DNA of 64,000 nt from a virus (IMGVR_UViG_2910596823_000004), one strand, 5' to 3'. Positions 41,597 through 52,042 are shown, numbered from the stretch's first letter. Numbers and translations: made by a program. The notes: a model not told the origin generated them from the sequence alone.

Positions 41597-43502
41597 AGCT
41601 GCGACCCTCTTTGACTTCGACTGTGATGGTTTCCCGGAACCATGATTTCATCTCTTTGTGGGAGATGATCATCACTGTGCCGCGTTCACGCGCTTTGGCT
41701 TCCAGAATCCCCATGAGACGCTCCAGACCGGCAGTGTCGAGCGCGTCATCAATTTCATCGCCGATAAACAACTCAATATTCTTACTGGCACGACTGGCAA
41801 CCAGATCCTGCAAGGCAAGAGAGCACGCAATGCGCACCTTACGCTTCTCGCCACCAGACAACGTCTGGAAGGATTTGCTGGAGCCTGTTTTGGTCACGCT
41901 GATATTGAATTTGTCGCGATACTCGCCTTTCTTCGTTGTCTCCATTGTCGACCATTCGGCAACGATGTTGCCGTCCGACAGCGTGTTGAGATACTCCGCA
42001 GTTCTGATGTTCAGGAAAGGCGTAACGGAGGTCAGGATGTGTGAACGCACACCAGCTGGGGAGTAAACCTGGCGAGCTTTCTCCAGCAACAGAGCCTGTT
42101 CCTGAATACTCTTTAACTCATTTTTAAGTACTGCATGATTAGATTTATTGGCAGCCAGGTTGTCTTCATGACGCTTAATAACGGCCAGAAATGGGTTTAC
42201 CTCTGCCATAATGCGATTCATGTCGGTACGCGCCCGCGCCACCATCGCTTCGACGGCCACAACTTCACGTTCGCGATGACGCAGCGCACTTAGCTCATTG
42301 GTCAGGCGTTCGATTCTGGCGATGATTTCTGAGACGTCGGGTGTGGCTGAGACCAGTGCAGACTCGATGCCGAGCGCTTTCTCAAGACGAGCTTTGTGTT
42401 GAGCCACTGCCGCTGCTGATGCCTGCGCCTGGCCGATCTCATTACGCGCTTGTTCAATGAAACTCTCCTTCACGGTGGACAAATCTTCTTCGCAGTAGGG
42501 CTTTCCGCACGTAACACAAGGTGCTCCGACCTTTGTGCTGACCTCTTCTGCTTTGGTTTTAAACGAGCGAGCACGGTTCATCGACTCGTTCTGTGCCGCT
42601 TCTGAAGTGCGGATGCTTGAGCGGATCCCCGTAATCGCACCGCGCACCTTCAGCAGTTTGGCATCATGCTCTTCTTTGGAGGCCAGCTTGCTGCGTTCGC
42701 CAGCAATCGCGTTTTCCGTATCCCGGATCTGTTCCGGCAGCGAGCGAATTTCCATCACGACTTCAGACAGCGTTACCTCCGCGCCAGCCAAATCGACACG
42801 GGCCTTGTCCAGACGTTCGCCGCGATCGCGTTCCCAACTATCAGAGGACGCTTTGGCCGCCTCAATCTCTGACTGCGCGGTCTCGATAAGCGTGAGACAG
42901 GCGTCCATTTTGGATTTTGTAACATCCATGCGTGCGGCAGCTGCATTAGCACGCTCGCGAGCAATGGCATAGGCTCGCGTTAACCGGTCGACGCCAGCGG
43001 CTTCTTCAACGATGGTTTTGAGGTTCTTGTCAGACATACCCGGCAGATCTGGCATTGCTTCCTGACTGGCGTAGATGGACGCCATGAACACCTCTTTGGA
43101 TGCACCAATCAGGCGTTCAACGAACTCCTGCGTCAGTGTGTCTTTGCCTTTGGTCATGTCACCGTCTTCGCCACGGACGATCAGCCGGTTCTTGAACTCT
43201 TTGTGTTTGCGGTGGCGAATGATGGCGTAACGCTTTCCTTCATCCTCAACAGTCACCATCACACGACAGTTTTTCTCGTGACCGGTAGACAGCACGTCAT
43301 CACCTTTGACGCCATGCGCAGTTTCGCCATACAGACACCACATCAGGCTGTTCATCAAAGTCGATTTGCCCGCGCCATTGCTGGCAGCAGAAGAATCTCC
43401 ACTATTAACACCCTGAATGAGCACCAGACCGCGTTGGTCTAACTCAACTTCGGCGCTGGCTAACGCCATGAAGTTCTCAACCTGGAGCTTTAGAAATTTC
43501 AT
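41586..43502 (-). CDS. SbcC/Rad50-like ATPase (T4 gp46-like)
   Basis: N-terminal Walker A GVNSGDSSAASNGAGKST. A long coiled-coil with a CxxC hook (CVTCGKPYC). C-terminal signature and Walker B (LSGGEKRKV ... FIGDEID). Confidence 0.7.
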   Translation of the reverse strand: MKFLKLQVENFMALASAEVELDQRGLVLIQGVNSGDSSAASNGAGKSTLMNSLMWCLYGETAHGVKGDDVLSTGHEKNCRVMVTVEDEGKRYAIIRHRKHKEFKNRLIVRGEDGDMTKGKDTLTQEFVERLIGASKEVFMASIYASQEAMPDLPGMSDKNLKTIVEEAAGVDRLTRAYAIARERANAAAARMDVTKSKMDACLTLIETAQSEIEAAKASSDSWERDRGERLDKARVDLAGAEVTLSEVVMEIRSLPEQIRDTENAIAGERSKLASKEEHDAKLLKVRGAITGIRSSIRTSEAAQNESMNRARSFKTKAEEVSTKVGAPCVTCGKPYCEEDLSTVKESFIEQARNEIGQAQASAAAVAQHKARLEKALGIESALVSATPDVSEIIARIERLTNELSALRHREREVVAVEAMVARARTDMNRIMAEVNPFLAVIKRHEDNLAANKSNHAVLKNELKSIQEQALLLEKARQVYSPAGVRSHILTSVTPFLNIRTAEYLNTLSDGNIVAEWSTMETTKKGEYRDKFNISVTKTGSSKSFQTLSGGEKRKVRIACSLALQDLVASRASKNIELFIGDEIDDALDTAGLERLMGILEAKARERGTVMIISHKEMKSWFRETITVEVKEGRSYVV

Positions 43503-43690
43503 ACTTTGCCTCTAACTTTTTGATTCAAATGCTGGCCTTTTCGCAGTTGAAACTCTGTGTGGGCCGGGAAAGACCTGCGTTTCAGTACGCCTTGTTTGCT
43601 CAGTCTCCCCAGGTAAAACGCCACAGGGTTTCCGTTGGGTGGGTAGGGCTTGTGGAACATCACCGTCTGGCCTCGTTCAAGTCTTTTCAT
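43499..43690 (-). CDS. Small hypothetical protein (63 aa) between sbcD and sbcC
   Basis: Internal ATG (MKRLERGQTV...). Its stop overlaps the sbcC start (ATGA). The longer track ORF overlaps sbcD. Confidence 0.35.
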   Translation of the reverse strand: MKRLERGQTVMFHKPYPPNGNPVAFYLGRLSKQGVLKRRSFPAHTEFQLRKGQHLNQKVRGKV

Positions 43691-43731
43691 CGTGGAGATG
43701 AAGTCCCGAAAGCTCCCAGAATGGCTCGTTC

Positions 43732-44817
43732 TCACACTGCCTCCGCACTCTCCGCTTCGGTCAGGATCTCCTGACACAGCATGTCCAGCTTGCTCAGGTC
43801 GAAGCCGCCGTCAGTGTCGTGAACGATCTTGCAGTACGCCGCGACGGACTCGCCCAGGCTGTCTATTTTGCTGGTCTCCGCAGTACTGGCAGTGCCTTCC
43901 ATCATCGATGCCTTGCGGATGAAGTTGCAGACGACCCCCTTCGCGCCCATTGTCTTCAGGACGTTCTGGAGTTTGATGCCTTCTTCATCGCTCTCAACAA
44001 CGGCACGGAAGCGCACGTAGTTACCGCGGATTTGGTCGTCTTCCACATCGTCCTCAAGGTTCACGAACTTTGGCGCAGAAGTTTCGTGGTGGGTGAATGT
44101 GCCGTCAGGGTTGACGATCATGAAGCCAGCCAGCGAACCAACATCGCCCCAATTCTGGTGCGTCAGCGCCCCGATGCTGACCACTCCAGGCAGCACTTCT
44201 TTGTGGTTGTGGTAGTGTCCGGACAGCAACAAACGGAAGCCGATATCTTTCAGTTCCTGTGCGTCGATGCCGACATCAGGCATGGTGGGGATCGCTTTGT
44301 TGATCGAGGTATGCACAACGACATCATGGTTGTCGCCATCCAGCCCGGAACGCAGTGTTTTGAGGTCGCTGATAAGCTCTGCGTGGTTATTGCGCCAGCT
44401 AATCAGGTGGACGGTAACGTCGCCCATTTTGATGGAGTGAGGACGTTTGCCGCAGACGATTTCCACACCGATTGAGCGCAGAGAGGCCGCTGCATTGGCG
44501 CTGTATACGGAATCGTTGGTTTCGAGGTCGTGGTTGCCGGCCAGCATAACCACTTCGAGGCCCAACTCTTTGATGATCCACTCGTAAGTTTCTGTCACGA
44601 AATGCAGGACGGAAGGCGAGATAGCACCACGAACATGGAAAGTATCACCAGCCACCAGCATGTGTTTGCAGCCCGCAGCTTTCATGGCTTTGGCAGCTTC
44701 TTTCGTGGCGTCCAGTTGGATCTCCAGTCGAGAGTTCAGCCCGTCAGCGTTTGTTGTCGCAAAAGCATCCCAACGATGATAATGGGGGTCTGATATCACC
44801 CCGTATGGCAATGTCAT
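43732..44817 (-). CDS. SbcD/Mre11-like nuclease (T4 gp47-like)
   Basis: Calcineurin-like phosphoesterase motifs (ISDPHYH, GDTFH, GNHD). Confidence 0.7.
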   Translation of the reverse strand: MTLPYGVISDPHYHRWDAFATTNADGLNSRLEIQLDATKEAAKAMKAAGCKHMLVAGDTFHVRGAISPSVLHFVTETYEWIIKELGLEVVMLAGNHDLETNDSVYSANAAASLRSIGVEIVCGKRPHSIKMGDVTVHLISWRNNHAELISDLKTLRSGLDGDNHDVVVHTSINKAIPTMPDVGIDAQELKDIGFRLLLSGHYHNHKEVLPGVVSIGALTHQNWGDVGSLAGFMIVNPDGTFTHHETSAPKFVNLEDDVEDDQIRGNYVRFRAVVESDEEGIKLQNVLKTMGAKGVVCNFIRKASMMEGTASTAETSKIDSLGESVAAYCKIVHDTDGGFDLSKLDMLCQEILTEAESAEAV

Positions 44818-45045
44818 GTGTCTTTTCCTTTGTGGTTATTTTGATACAGATATTAAGCGTGTTTAAGAGGCGATCAACCCAGACAACACGGCACATTAGA
44901 AAATCTACAGGCACATGATTATGACAAAATATATAAGTAAGTGAATACCTATTTTATGGAGCGGTAAAGATTTCTAAATGTTACAAGCCACTCTATAATC
45001 GCAGTCACTCAATGATGACAACCAAACGAAAAAGGAGAACGGACG

Positions 45046-45549
45046 GTGAAACGCGTAATTATTGGGACGATGGCCATTGCTCTGATCGGATGCGTGCCAA
45101 AACCGCCTCAAGATGAAAAGTCAGCTGGCGGGTACGTTGATATTTACTCCACTTCAAGCGTAGCTATTGCCCAGGACAGAGCCGACAAATTGTGTGGAAG
45201 CCATGCCTATTATGTCTCCAACGACAATGATTTAACCAAAGTCATGGGTAGATACGCGCCTTCATTCCCAAAAATCCGTTTCAACTGTGATCTTGAAATG
45301 GCCGCTTATCTCGGTAGCAAAGAGGCAAAGGAGATCAAGATGAAGCGCATAGAGGAAGCCTACAAGGAGATGTACAAGGCCCAATATGAGCTGAAAGAAG
45401 TGCGCCGTAAGAACGCTGATCCGAAGAAGCTGGAGTCCTACACAGAACGCGATCCGGACGGCACTATTCGCAGCTACAGCTTCTTGGACGGCAAGTCGTG
45501 CGAATCCATCGTATACCCAGACGGCACTGGCAAAACAACTTGCGATTAA
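45046..45549 (+). CDS. Putative lipoprotein (167 aa)
   Basis: GTG start after AAGGAGAA. Lipobox LIGC. Confidence 0.5.
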   Translation: MKRVIIGTMAIALIGCVPKPPQDEKSAGGYVDIYSTSSVAIAQDRADKLCGSHAYYVSNDNDLTKVMGRYAPSFPKIRFNCDLEMAAYLGSKEAKEIKMKRIEEAYKEMYKAQYELKEVRRKNADPKKLESYTERDPDGTIRSYSFLDGKSCESIVYPDGTGKTTCD

Positions 45550-45559
45550 TTCTTCAGAA

Positions 45560-45582
45560 GCACCTCATATGGGGTGCTTTTT
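45560..45582 (+). terminator. Rho-independent terminator
   Basis: gcacctcatatggggtgc followed by TTTTT. Confidence 0.55.
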
Positions 45583-46075
45583 ACTTTGGATCGCGAAACA
45601 GCATCTGCGTGCCTTTGGGGGACGTGTCGAAAAGGTGAAAACCTCTGCGTTTTAGCATGTCGGCCATTTGCGAGGATTTGACGTAGCACTTCGCCATCAT
45701 CGGCTGGTTCGGGTTTGAATCGATCATGTCGGACACCAGCATTGACCCATAGCCTTTCCCGCGTAGTTCTTTGACGATACTGACGGCACGGAGTTCAAGT
45801 CGTGGCGCACCGGTTGGATCGAGTGCGGCACAGAACCAGATTAGCCCTGCTTTTTTGTCATCAGAACGGCGCAGCAGGATGTAGATATAATGCCCGGAGT
45901 ATTGACCCTGCTCGTTCGTCTTGATTGCCAGCCTGGTCTGCTTCTCAAAGGTTTTACCCCCCTTTGATGTGAGGATCTCTTCGTAGAAGTGACCCTTGCG
46001 TGCGCCGTCTTCGAACTCCCCCATGATAAATGGCATGTCTGCCTCAGTCGCTGCCCTTGAATAAAATTCACTCAT
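45581..46075 (-). CDS. GNAT-family acetyltransferase
   Basis: Motif A VKELRGKGYGSMLV. Confidence 0.5.
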   Translation of the reverse strand: MSEFYSRAATEADMPFIMGEFEDGARKGHFYEEILTSKGGKTFEKQTRLAIKTNEQGQYSGHYIYILLRRSDDKKAGLIWFCAALDPTGAPRLELRAVSIVKELRGKGYGSMLVSDMIDSNPNQPMMAKCYVKSSQMADMLKRRGFHLFDTSPKGTQMLFRDPK

Positions 46076-46150
46076 GTATTAATCCCTAAAGCTCTCAGTG
46101 TCTTTCTAAGACACCATATTTTATGCCCCGGTAAAACCATGAGTTTACGT

Positions 46151-46795
46151 TTAAAACGTCTCAGAGGGATTCTGACGCGCAACGCTGATGTCGATTACCC
46201 CAGCTTTTGGACGAGGGTCGACAAGATTCAACTCTTCAGCACTGTGATACTCCGTATCGAACTCCCGATCGACATGGCGAATGTAGATGGCCGTGAGAAG
46301 GCTGTCGTCGTTCAGGAAGTGTCCGTAGGATTTGCGGATCACTTCGCCAACCTTCTCGATCTTCTCTCCGCCCATACAGAGATGGTTAAACCGGCTGTGT
46401 TTTCGCAGCATCTCATCCACCGGGCCGGAGTAGACCTTATCGACTCTCCCGAATCGGATGATATTTCCAGTATCAGCCTCAACCAGACAAACGAGTTTGC
46501 CAGGCTCGACCCGGTCCCGCCATGTTACACCAGAGCGGAGTGTGTTGAAGTAGGGAGCGTCCAATCCGATGATCGGTTTACGAAATGCCAGCAGTGGCAC
46601 GTAACGTATGCAGCTGTTCAGGTGGAAGTGCGCACCGGCGTCGTGGAGTTTGAGCCGGGTTTCGTTAATCGGGCACTTCGACGCAATGCCGCACAGGTCG
46701 CAGAGCAACTTCTGTTTGTTCAGGCTAGTGTTCGATTCAATGGTGTAGGAGCCATCTTCAAGACGGCGAACCCAGCGCGTGCGTTTGAGATCCAT
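46151..46795 (-). CDS. Hypothetical protein (214 aa) with a CxxC cluster
   Basis: ORF. Confidence 0.4.
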   Translation of the reverse strand: MDLKRTRWVRRLEDGSYTIESNTSLNKQKLLCDLCGIASKCPINETRLKLHDAGAHFHLNSCIRYVPLLAFRKPIIGLDAPYFNTLRSGVTWRDRVEPGKLVCLVEADTGNIIRFGRVDKVYSGPVDEMLRKHSRFNHLCMGGEKIEKVGEVIRKSYGHFLNDDSLLTAIYIRHVDREFDTEYHSAEELNLVDPRPKAGVIDISVARQNPSETF

Positions 46796-46879
46796 AGTTC
46801 TTATTCAAATAGTTTTGTCCGGGGCAACGATAACTGACAAGGCGCACCGATGTTTGCAAATGCCTGTTTTACTTATACC

Positions 46880-47000
46880 CATTATTCACAGGCCCGATCC
46901 AATAATTAGATCCCCAGAGAGATCCTACAGAAGATCAAAAGAGATCCCCGATCGTCTCCAGCCGTTGCGGTTACTGGCCTGAGAGGGGGTTACTATCCAC
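46880..47000. repeat. GATC-rich origin-like segment (copy 1). A ~120-bp direct repeat of it lies at 47262-47350.
   Basis: Six GATC sites within ~90 bp. The second copy conserves CACAGGCCCGATCCA.TAATT.AGATCCC. Confidence 0.5.
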
Positions 47001-47525
47001 TATGGGGAGGAAAGTAACCTCTGTAGAGAGCATAATAACCGCTATGAAGAGCAAAACAACCTCTCTGGAGAGTGGTCGGTATCCACTGTAGTGAGTAGGA
47101 GACATTGTCTTAACTGGATAACTCAGTGCCTGTTTTTCTACGTCAGGTGGCTGATATTCATAGAGATGTTGGAAGTTTTGCGTTCAGGCGTGTTTGTTTC
47201 GACCACACATTATCCCCAGAAGGGGAGTGATGGCTGGTTTTGCAATTACCTGATTTTTATACACAGGCCCGATCCAGTAATTCAGATCCCAAAGAGAACC
47301 AAAGAGGCCCACAAAGACCCAAAAAGATCCCCGCACCCCGCAAACCGTTGTGCCACATGGCCTTAGAGGTGATCGATATCCACTATAGAGAGAAGATCAG
47401 CCACTATGAAGAGTAAACCAACCACTGTAGAGAGTAGAAAAACCACTATAGGCGGTAGGATAACCGCTGCGATGAGTGCTACTATCCACTGTAATCAGTA
47501 AAGGCCACCAAAGCGGTCGAATAAA
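46990..47525. repeat. Iteron array upstream of repA (about 10 copies in two clusters)
   Basis: Repeats of ~19 bp, consensus (T/C)ATCCACTGTAGTGAGTA, with variants CCACTATGGGGAGG, CCACTGTAGAGAGTAG, CCACTATAGGCGGTAGG. Confidence 0.65.
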
Positions 47526-47539
47526 AAGAGACACTTGGA

Positions 47540-48604
47540 ATGAGCGAAAACGGCAATAAAAACATAGCGATCGTTGAAGCATTCTCAGAAACAGACAAAA
47601 AGACCGGTGAAGTTGTTACGTTAGTTCCTAACACCAACAACACAGTTCAGCCTGTTGCTCTGATGCGTCTTGGTCTCTTCGTTCCGACGCTGAAATCGAC
47701 CGCCAGGGGCAGAAAGGGGCAAATGGTCTCTATGGACGCCTCTGCTGAACTCAAACAGCTGTCTCTGGCCAAAGCCGAAGGGTACGAGGACATAAGGATC
47801 TCCGGCGTTCGTCTGGATATGGATAACGACTTCAAAACGTGGGTAGGCATCATCCATGCGTTCGCCAAGCACAAGGTTGTTGGCGATACTGTCACGTTAC
47901 CGTTCGTCGAGTTCGTCAGGCTCTGTGGCATACCAACGGCCAGATCGTCCGCGAAGTTACGCAAGCGCCTGGACAGTTCTCTAACTCGTATTGCCACAAA
48001 CACTATCTCATTCCGCAGTAAAGGCTCTGATGAGTATTACGTGACGCACCTTGTGCAGACAGCAAAGTACAGCACAAAGAACGACACGGTCTCGCTGCAG
48101 GCTGATCCTAAGATTTTCGAACTCTACCAGTTCGACAAAAAGGTTCTTCTGCAACTCCGGGCAATTAACGAACTCTCCAGAAAAGAATCCGCGCAGGCGC
48201 TCTACACCTTCATCGAAAGTTTGCCACCTGACCCGGCACCAATCTCGTTGGCTCGCTTACGCGCCAGACTTAACTTAACCAGCCGCACCATTACCCAGAA
48301 CGCGACAGTCAGGAAGGCGATGGAGCAACTTCGGGAGATCGGCTATCTCGATTACACCGAAGTGAAGCGCGGCAGCTCGGTCTACTTCATCATCCACTAT
48401 AGGCGGCCGAAGTTACGCCCGGCATTGCCACCAGCTAAAGCTGCGCCGGAAGAACCAGAAGAGCAGGAAGATAGCTTGCCTGGTGATGATCAGGAGGACA
48501 TCATCGATGTTGTTCCTGAAGAAAAAGACGGTGAGATGGTCATGTTGAGCAAGGAAGAACTGGCGATTCTCGAAGAGCTACGCAAGGCAAAAGCTCGCAA
48601 ATAG
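47540..48604 (+). CDS. repA: Plasmid replication initiator RepA (iteron-binding, P1/F-RepE type)
   Basis: 354 aa bracketed by iteron arrays on both sides. Resembles Rep_3-type initiators by eye. Acidic C-terminus. Confidence 0.65.
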   Translation: MSENGNKNIAIVEAFSETDKKTGEVVTLVPNTNNTVQPVALMRLGLFVPTLKSTARGRKGQMVSMDASAELKQLSLAKAEGYEDIRISGVRLDMDNDFKTWVGIIHAFAKHKVVGDTVTLPFVEFVRLCGIPTARSSAKLRKRLDSSLTRIATNTISFRSKGSDEYYVTHLVQTAKYSTKNDTVSLQADPKIFELYQFDKKVLLQLRAINELSRKESAQALYTFIESLPPDPAPISLARLRARLNLTSRTITQNATVRKAMEQLREIGYLDYTEVKRGSSVYFIIHYRRPKLRPALPPAKAAPEEPEEQEDSLPGDDQEDIIDVVPEEKDGEMVMLSKEELAILEELRKAKARK

Positions 48605-49165
48605 CTCAACCACTGTAGAGAGTAGAAAGGCTCACTATCCACTGTAGTGAGCCTTTTGTTTATCTGAAATCCGCTATCCACTGTAGTGAGTAACAACAAC
48701 CTAAGAGTAACCACTGTAGGCAGTGGCGCTCAAATAACGAAATAAATGTTAGTGGTTACAAACCCAGATGAAACAAGGGCTGCGAGGTTAGTGGTCACTG
48801 GGTATCTTGTTAAATCCACTCTCTATAGTGGTTATCGTTGTTCCCGTCGTTATTGGCTATCCACTATGGAGAGCAGAATCGGTTGGCCGGATTTGCTAAC
48901 CACTGTAGTGAGTAGATATCCGCTGAAAACAGTGACGGTTTACTCTCCATAGTGGATACCCGCTGGAGAACGCATTCCATCACTCTCTATAGTGGTTGTT
49001 GGCTGCTGATGAACGCCTGTTTACTCCCTACAGTGGATAGCGACGTCGATAATCGCCACTTTACTCACTACAGTGGATACCGGATGTCACGGCAGGCGTT
49101 TTACTCAATACAGTGGTTATTGGTCGGATACGCACGCGGTGAGCTGGCTACTCACCGCAGTGGTT
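48605..49165. repeat. Iteron array downstream of repA (about 13 copies, both orientations; incA-like)
   Basis: CCACTGTAGAGAGTAG, ATCCACTGTAGTGAG (twice), CCACTGTAGGCAGTGG, reverse-orientation TCTCCATAGTGGATACC / CTCTATAGTGGTTG / TACAGTGGATA, and others. Confidence 0.65.
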
Positions 49166-49172
49166 AGTGTTA

Positions 49173-49388
49173 TCAATGGATTTTCTTCAGCAGACCCCAG
49201 AGTGTCCCGGCCTTCGTCGTGAGCTTACCTGTTTCCGGATCATACATGCGCCATTCGCGACGCTGGTGGACAATGACACCGTCCTCACGTTCCAGACGCT
49301 CCAGCACGCCGGGTTGCTTAAACCCTTTGGCACGCCAGTAGCCGCTTGTTTTTTCGATTTCCAGACCTGCCAGTGTAACCGCCATCAA
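49173..49388 (-). CDS. Hypothetical protein (71 aa)
   Basis: ORF. Confidence 0.35.
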   Translation of the reverse strand: MMAVTLAGLEIEKTSGYWRAKGFKQPGVLERLEREDGVIVHQRREWRMYDPETGKLTTKAGTLWGLLKKIH

Positions 49389-49720
49389 CCAACCTCCTTG
49401 CAGTCATCGAAAAGGTAGCTGGCGTTCTTCGCGTGAACGCCGTAGACATCACTTGATTTGTTGTAAACGAACTTATCTTCACCCACGCCAGACAGTTTGC
49501 CGTTACGTTTGGTGAGATAGGGGGAAGACAGGACGCGATCATCGCGCACAACATAAAACTGTTCGCCGCTGTCCACAACCATCGCACCGTAGCTGGCTTT
49601 GACGACATTGCGGATCACGTCGTTTTTCACTTCGGCCACTGACATCTCACACTCATAGACGTGCGTGTCCGCGTAGACAGGGAGGGAGAGCAGCGCCAGA
49701 GTCAGGGCTATTTTCTTCAT
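49385..49720 (-). CDS. Secreted/periplasmic hypothetical protein (111 aa; signal peptide)
   Basis: MKKIALTLALLSLPVYA signal. Confidence 0.45.
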   Translation of the reverse strand: MKKIALTLALLSLPVYADTHVYECEMSVAEVKNDVIRNVVKASYGAMVVDSGEQFYVVRDDRVLSSPYLTKRNGKLSGVGEDKFVYNKSSDVYGVHAKNASYLFDDCKEVG

Positions 49721-49896
49721 GCCACGACTCCTTTGATAACGCCGAATGCTGAGTCGAATACCAGCACTACGGCCAGCGAATTAACCATCGCGCCATTAAC
49801 AGGCGCCAGCGCTTTACGGATTGATCCGGTGAAGATGCAATCGAGCACAAAAGCTATCGAGACAATAAGTAACAAGGTGTCTAATACAGTGTTCAT
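49717..49896 (-). CDS. Small membrane protein (59 aa; below the track cutoff)
   Basis: Hand translation gives MNTVLDTLLLIVSIAFVLDCIFTG... It overlaps the downstream gene (ATGA). Confidence 0.3.
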   Translation of the reverse strand: MNTVLDTLLLIVSIAFVLDCIFTGSIRKALAPVNGAMVNSLAVVLVFDSAFGVIKGVVA

Positions 49897-49936
49897 GATA
49901 GGTAAATACTAACTTATATATTTTTTGCTGTAAATA

Positions 49937-50213
49937 TCACTCAAAAGTGCTGATGCCTAAGATACGCTCAAGATGAGCCGCGTCTTCATCGCTTACCGGC
50001 ATCGTGTCGTCGACGTACCAGCAACTACCGTTGTGCCAACAAACACCGTCATCATCGACATACACAGAATCTGCATCAATGCCTGTGTACTCAACGAGAT
50101 TGCGCTCAATTGCCGCTTGAATTTCTTCATCGTTCAGCCCATCACACTTGACCATGAACAACGGGTAAACGTCATAGTCGGTGCTGGCTGAAATGCGAAC
50201 CAAAATCTTCATG
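49937..50213 (-). CDS. Hypothetical protein (~92 aa)
   Basis: ORF. Start chosen at the ATG after a GGAGAAAACAC RBS (MKILVRIS). Confidence 0.4.
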
Positions 50214-50280
50214 TGTTTTCTCCTTGTTGGTAAGTACTTATTTATATTAATGTGCGCCATGCGGCGCACAATCATTGTGT

Positions 50281-50691
50281 TTAGGCTGGTGGAAAGAACT
50301 TCTCCAGCGTGCGGTCGACAGCCTTATCAATGTGCATCAGATGCCAGACGACCATATCTTTGTTTCCCAGACCGCGGGTGTAGATCACGTCGAACTTACG
50401 CCAGGCGGCGTGAAACCAGTGCGGTGTATCATCAACCGGCAGATTCTCTCCAGCCTCCTTGAAGTACTTGAGCAGCATGGCCTGTTCAGCGGTGGGCGTC
50501 GGGCCAATCTCTTCCGCATACATTCTGATGAAACGCTGCCAGTCGGCTTCATCTTCTGAAGGTTCCGGTGAGTTCATCTCTGCAATCGCCTCACGCAGCT
50601 GCGTCGCCCATTCTGGCTCCGGGAAGCCCTGGGCAATTTCGGTATCCACTACATCCAGCGCAGCGTTGGCCGCGTCATACAGTTTCTTCAC
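50281..50691 (-). CDS. Hypothetical protein (136 aa)
   Basis: ORF. Confidence 0.4.
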   Translation of the reverse strand: MKKLYDAANAALDVVDTEIAQGFPEPEWATQLREAIAEMNSPEPSEDEADWQRFIRMYAEEIGPTPTAEQAMLLKYFKEAGENLPVDDTPHWFHAAWRKFDVIYTRGLGNKDMVVWHLMHIDKAVDRTLEKFFPPA

Positions 50692-51064
50692 TCTTTTTCT
50701 CCTGCATTAAAAGGAACACGGTCATTGCCGCTCTGAAAGGGTTAGGGTTCTGGATCAGATGTTGTGGAGTTGAACTATCCACCGTTCTGTGGGCCGCTCT
50801 CCACTCACCGGGCTGTCTTGCAGGGACTACACCAATTCTGTGTCGGTAAATAATGTCCCACGCATCCTCCGGATCGTTACACCAGTCGAAGGTTCCGGCT
50901 CCGTTCGGACCGATGGCGACCACTGCTGTGTAATCACCTTCCTGTGAGCCTTTCCAGCCGTATTGTGAGATGAGCGGTCGATGGCCGGTGGCTTCCGCGA
51001 CCAGACAGTTGATTTCAAAGTCCGTCATCTCGCTGTAATTTTTCATTCCCGATCTCCTTCTCAT
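50675..51064 (-). CDS. Hypothetical protein (129 aa)
   Basis: ORF preceded by a class-B motif at 51130-51162. Confidence 0.4.
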   Translation of the reverse strand: MRRRSGMKNYSEMTDFEINCLVAEATGHRPLISQYGWKGSQEGDYTAVVAIGPNGAGTFDWCNDPEDAWDIIYRHRIGVVPARQPGEWRAAHRTVDSSTPQHLIQNPNPFRAAMTVFLLMQEKKSEETV

Positions 51065-51162
51065 CCGTTGCCGAACAACTATGTGGCGTTGTCACTTTGT
51101 ACTTCTACGGATGGTAATTCCGTATTAGTAACCAATTTGTTTTCTTGTTGGTGATAATACGG

Positions 51163-51190
51163 AAATAAAAAAGGCGTCCAAGTGGACGCC
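51163..51190 (-). terminator. Rho-independent terminator (minus strand)
   Basis: Minus-sense ggcgtccacttggacgcc followed by TTTTTT. Confidence 0.55.
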
Positions 51191-51208
51191 GTATCTTTGA
51201 AAAGGCTG

Positions 51209-52039
51209 TTACTTCAACGCGATAAACGGAGTATTAGCCCCTTCAGTCATGTACTGAGGCAACTGACCATTCCATTTGTTGATGGCTTCCAGCTCCATGA
51301 CGTTCGGGTTCTGACGTAATGCTTCACCGCGCAACTTGATGGCATCAGCTTCTGCTTGAGCACGCTTGCGGATAGCGTCGGCTTCACCTTCGGCTTGTTC
51401 ACGCAGCATGTTCGCTTCTGCCTTGCGCTGCTCAACTTCCTGCTGGCGCTGGAGCGTTTTCTGGTTCGCGGTCACTTTGGCATTGATAGATTCGATGACA
51501 GTGTCCGGGTAGTCTGGTTTGCCCACCCATGACAGGCTAATAACCTCAATACCTACCGGTGACATTTCTGCCTGAATGTCTTTCAGCGCATTGTCGAGCA
51601 GAGACGCCTTGCCACCGTCGATGAACGTGTCGGTAGTCATGCGGCTGGCCAGACGGTTCAGTGAGTCCGCAATCTTCTGGCGCAGATCAGTGTCGGTAAT
51701 GTCATCAACACCTTTGCGATAGGTCTGGAATACGGTAGTTACTTTGTCGCGATTAACCAGATATGCCACACCAATTTTGTGGCCGATGGCTGTACCGTCG
51801 CTCATCTGAAATGTGAACGGCTCATCGTAGGTTTTCATCTGTTTGAAAGTGGGGAAGGTGTACAGCTCGGTATTCAGACCAGTCCACTGACGGCCAACGC
51901 CGACAACTTCACCGATACCTTTGTCTTCACCCAATTTGTTTACCTTAATGCCAACGTATCCCGGTTCCACGCGATCGCAGCCGGTCAGACCCATTGTGCA
52001 AATAGCAGCCAAAGCCACCGCCAGTAAACCTTTCTTCAT
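51209..52039 (-). CDS. SPFH/band-7 domain lipoprotein
   Basis: Lipobox LTGC. The SPFH core is followed by an Ala/Glu-rich coiled coil (AEANMLREQAEGEADAIRKRAQAEADAIKL). Confidence 0.55.
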   Translation of the reverse strand: MKKGLLAVALAAICTMGLTGCDRVEPGYVGIKVNKLGEDKGIGEVVGVGRQWTGLNTELYTFPTFKQMKTYDEPFTFQMSDGTAIGHKIGVAYLVNRDKVTTVFQTYRKGVDDITDTDLRQKIADSLNRLASRMTTDTFIDGGKASLLDNALKDIQAEMSPVGIEVISLSWVGKPDYPDTVIESINAKVTANQKTLQRQQEVEQRKAEANMLREQAEGEADAIRKRAQAEADAIKLRGEALRQNPNVMELEAINKWNGQLPQYMTEGANTPFIALK

Positions 52040-52042
52040 TAC

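Noticed and set aside
43499-43777. Full 92-aa ORF between sbcD and sbcC
   Set aside because: Its first 29 codons overlap the sbcD C-terminus in another frame. The internal ATG gives a cleaner, coupled 63-aa gene.
48746-49167. Short plus-strand ORFs of 68-83 aa downstream of repA
   Set aside because: They are made entirely of iteron repeats. They are origin DNA, not genes.
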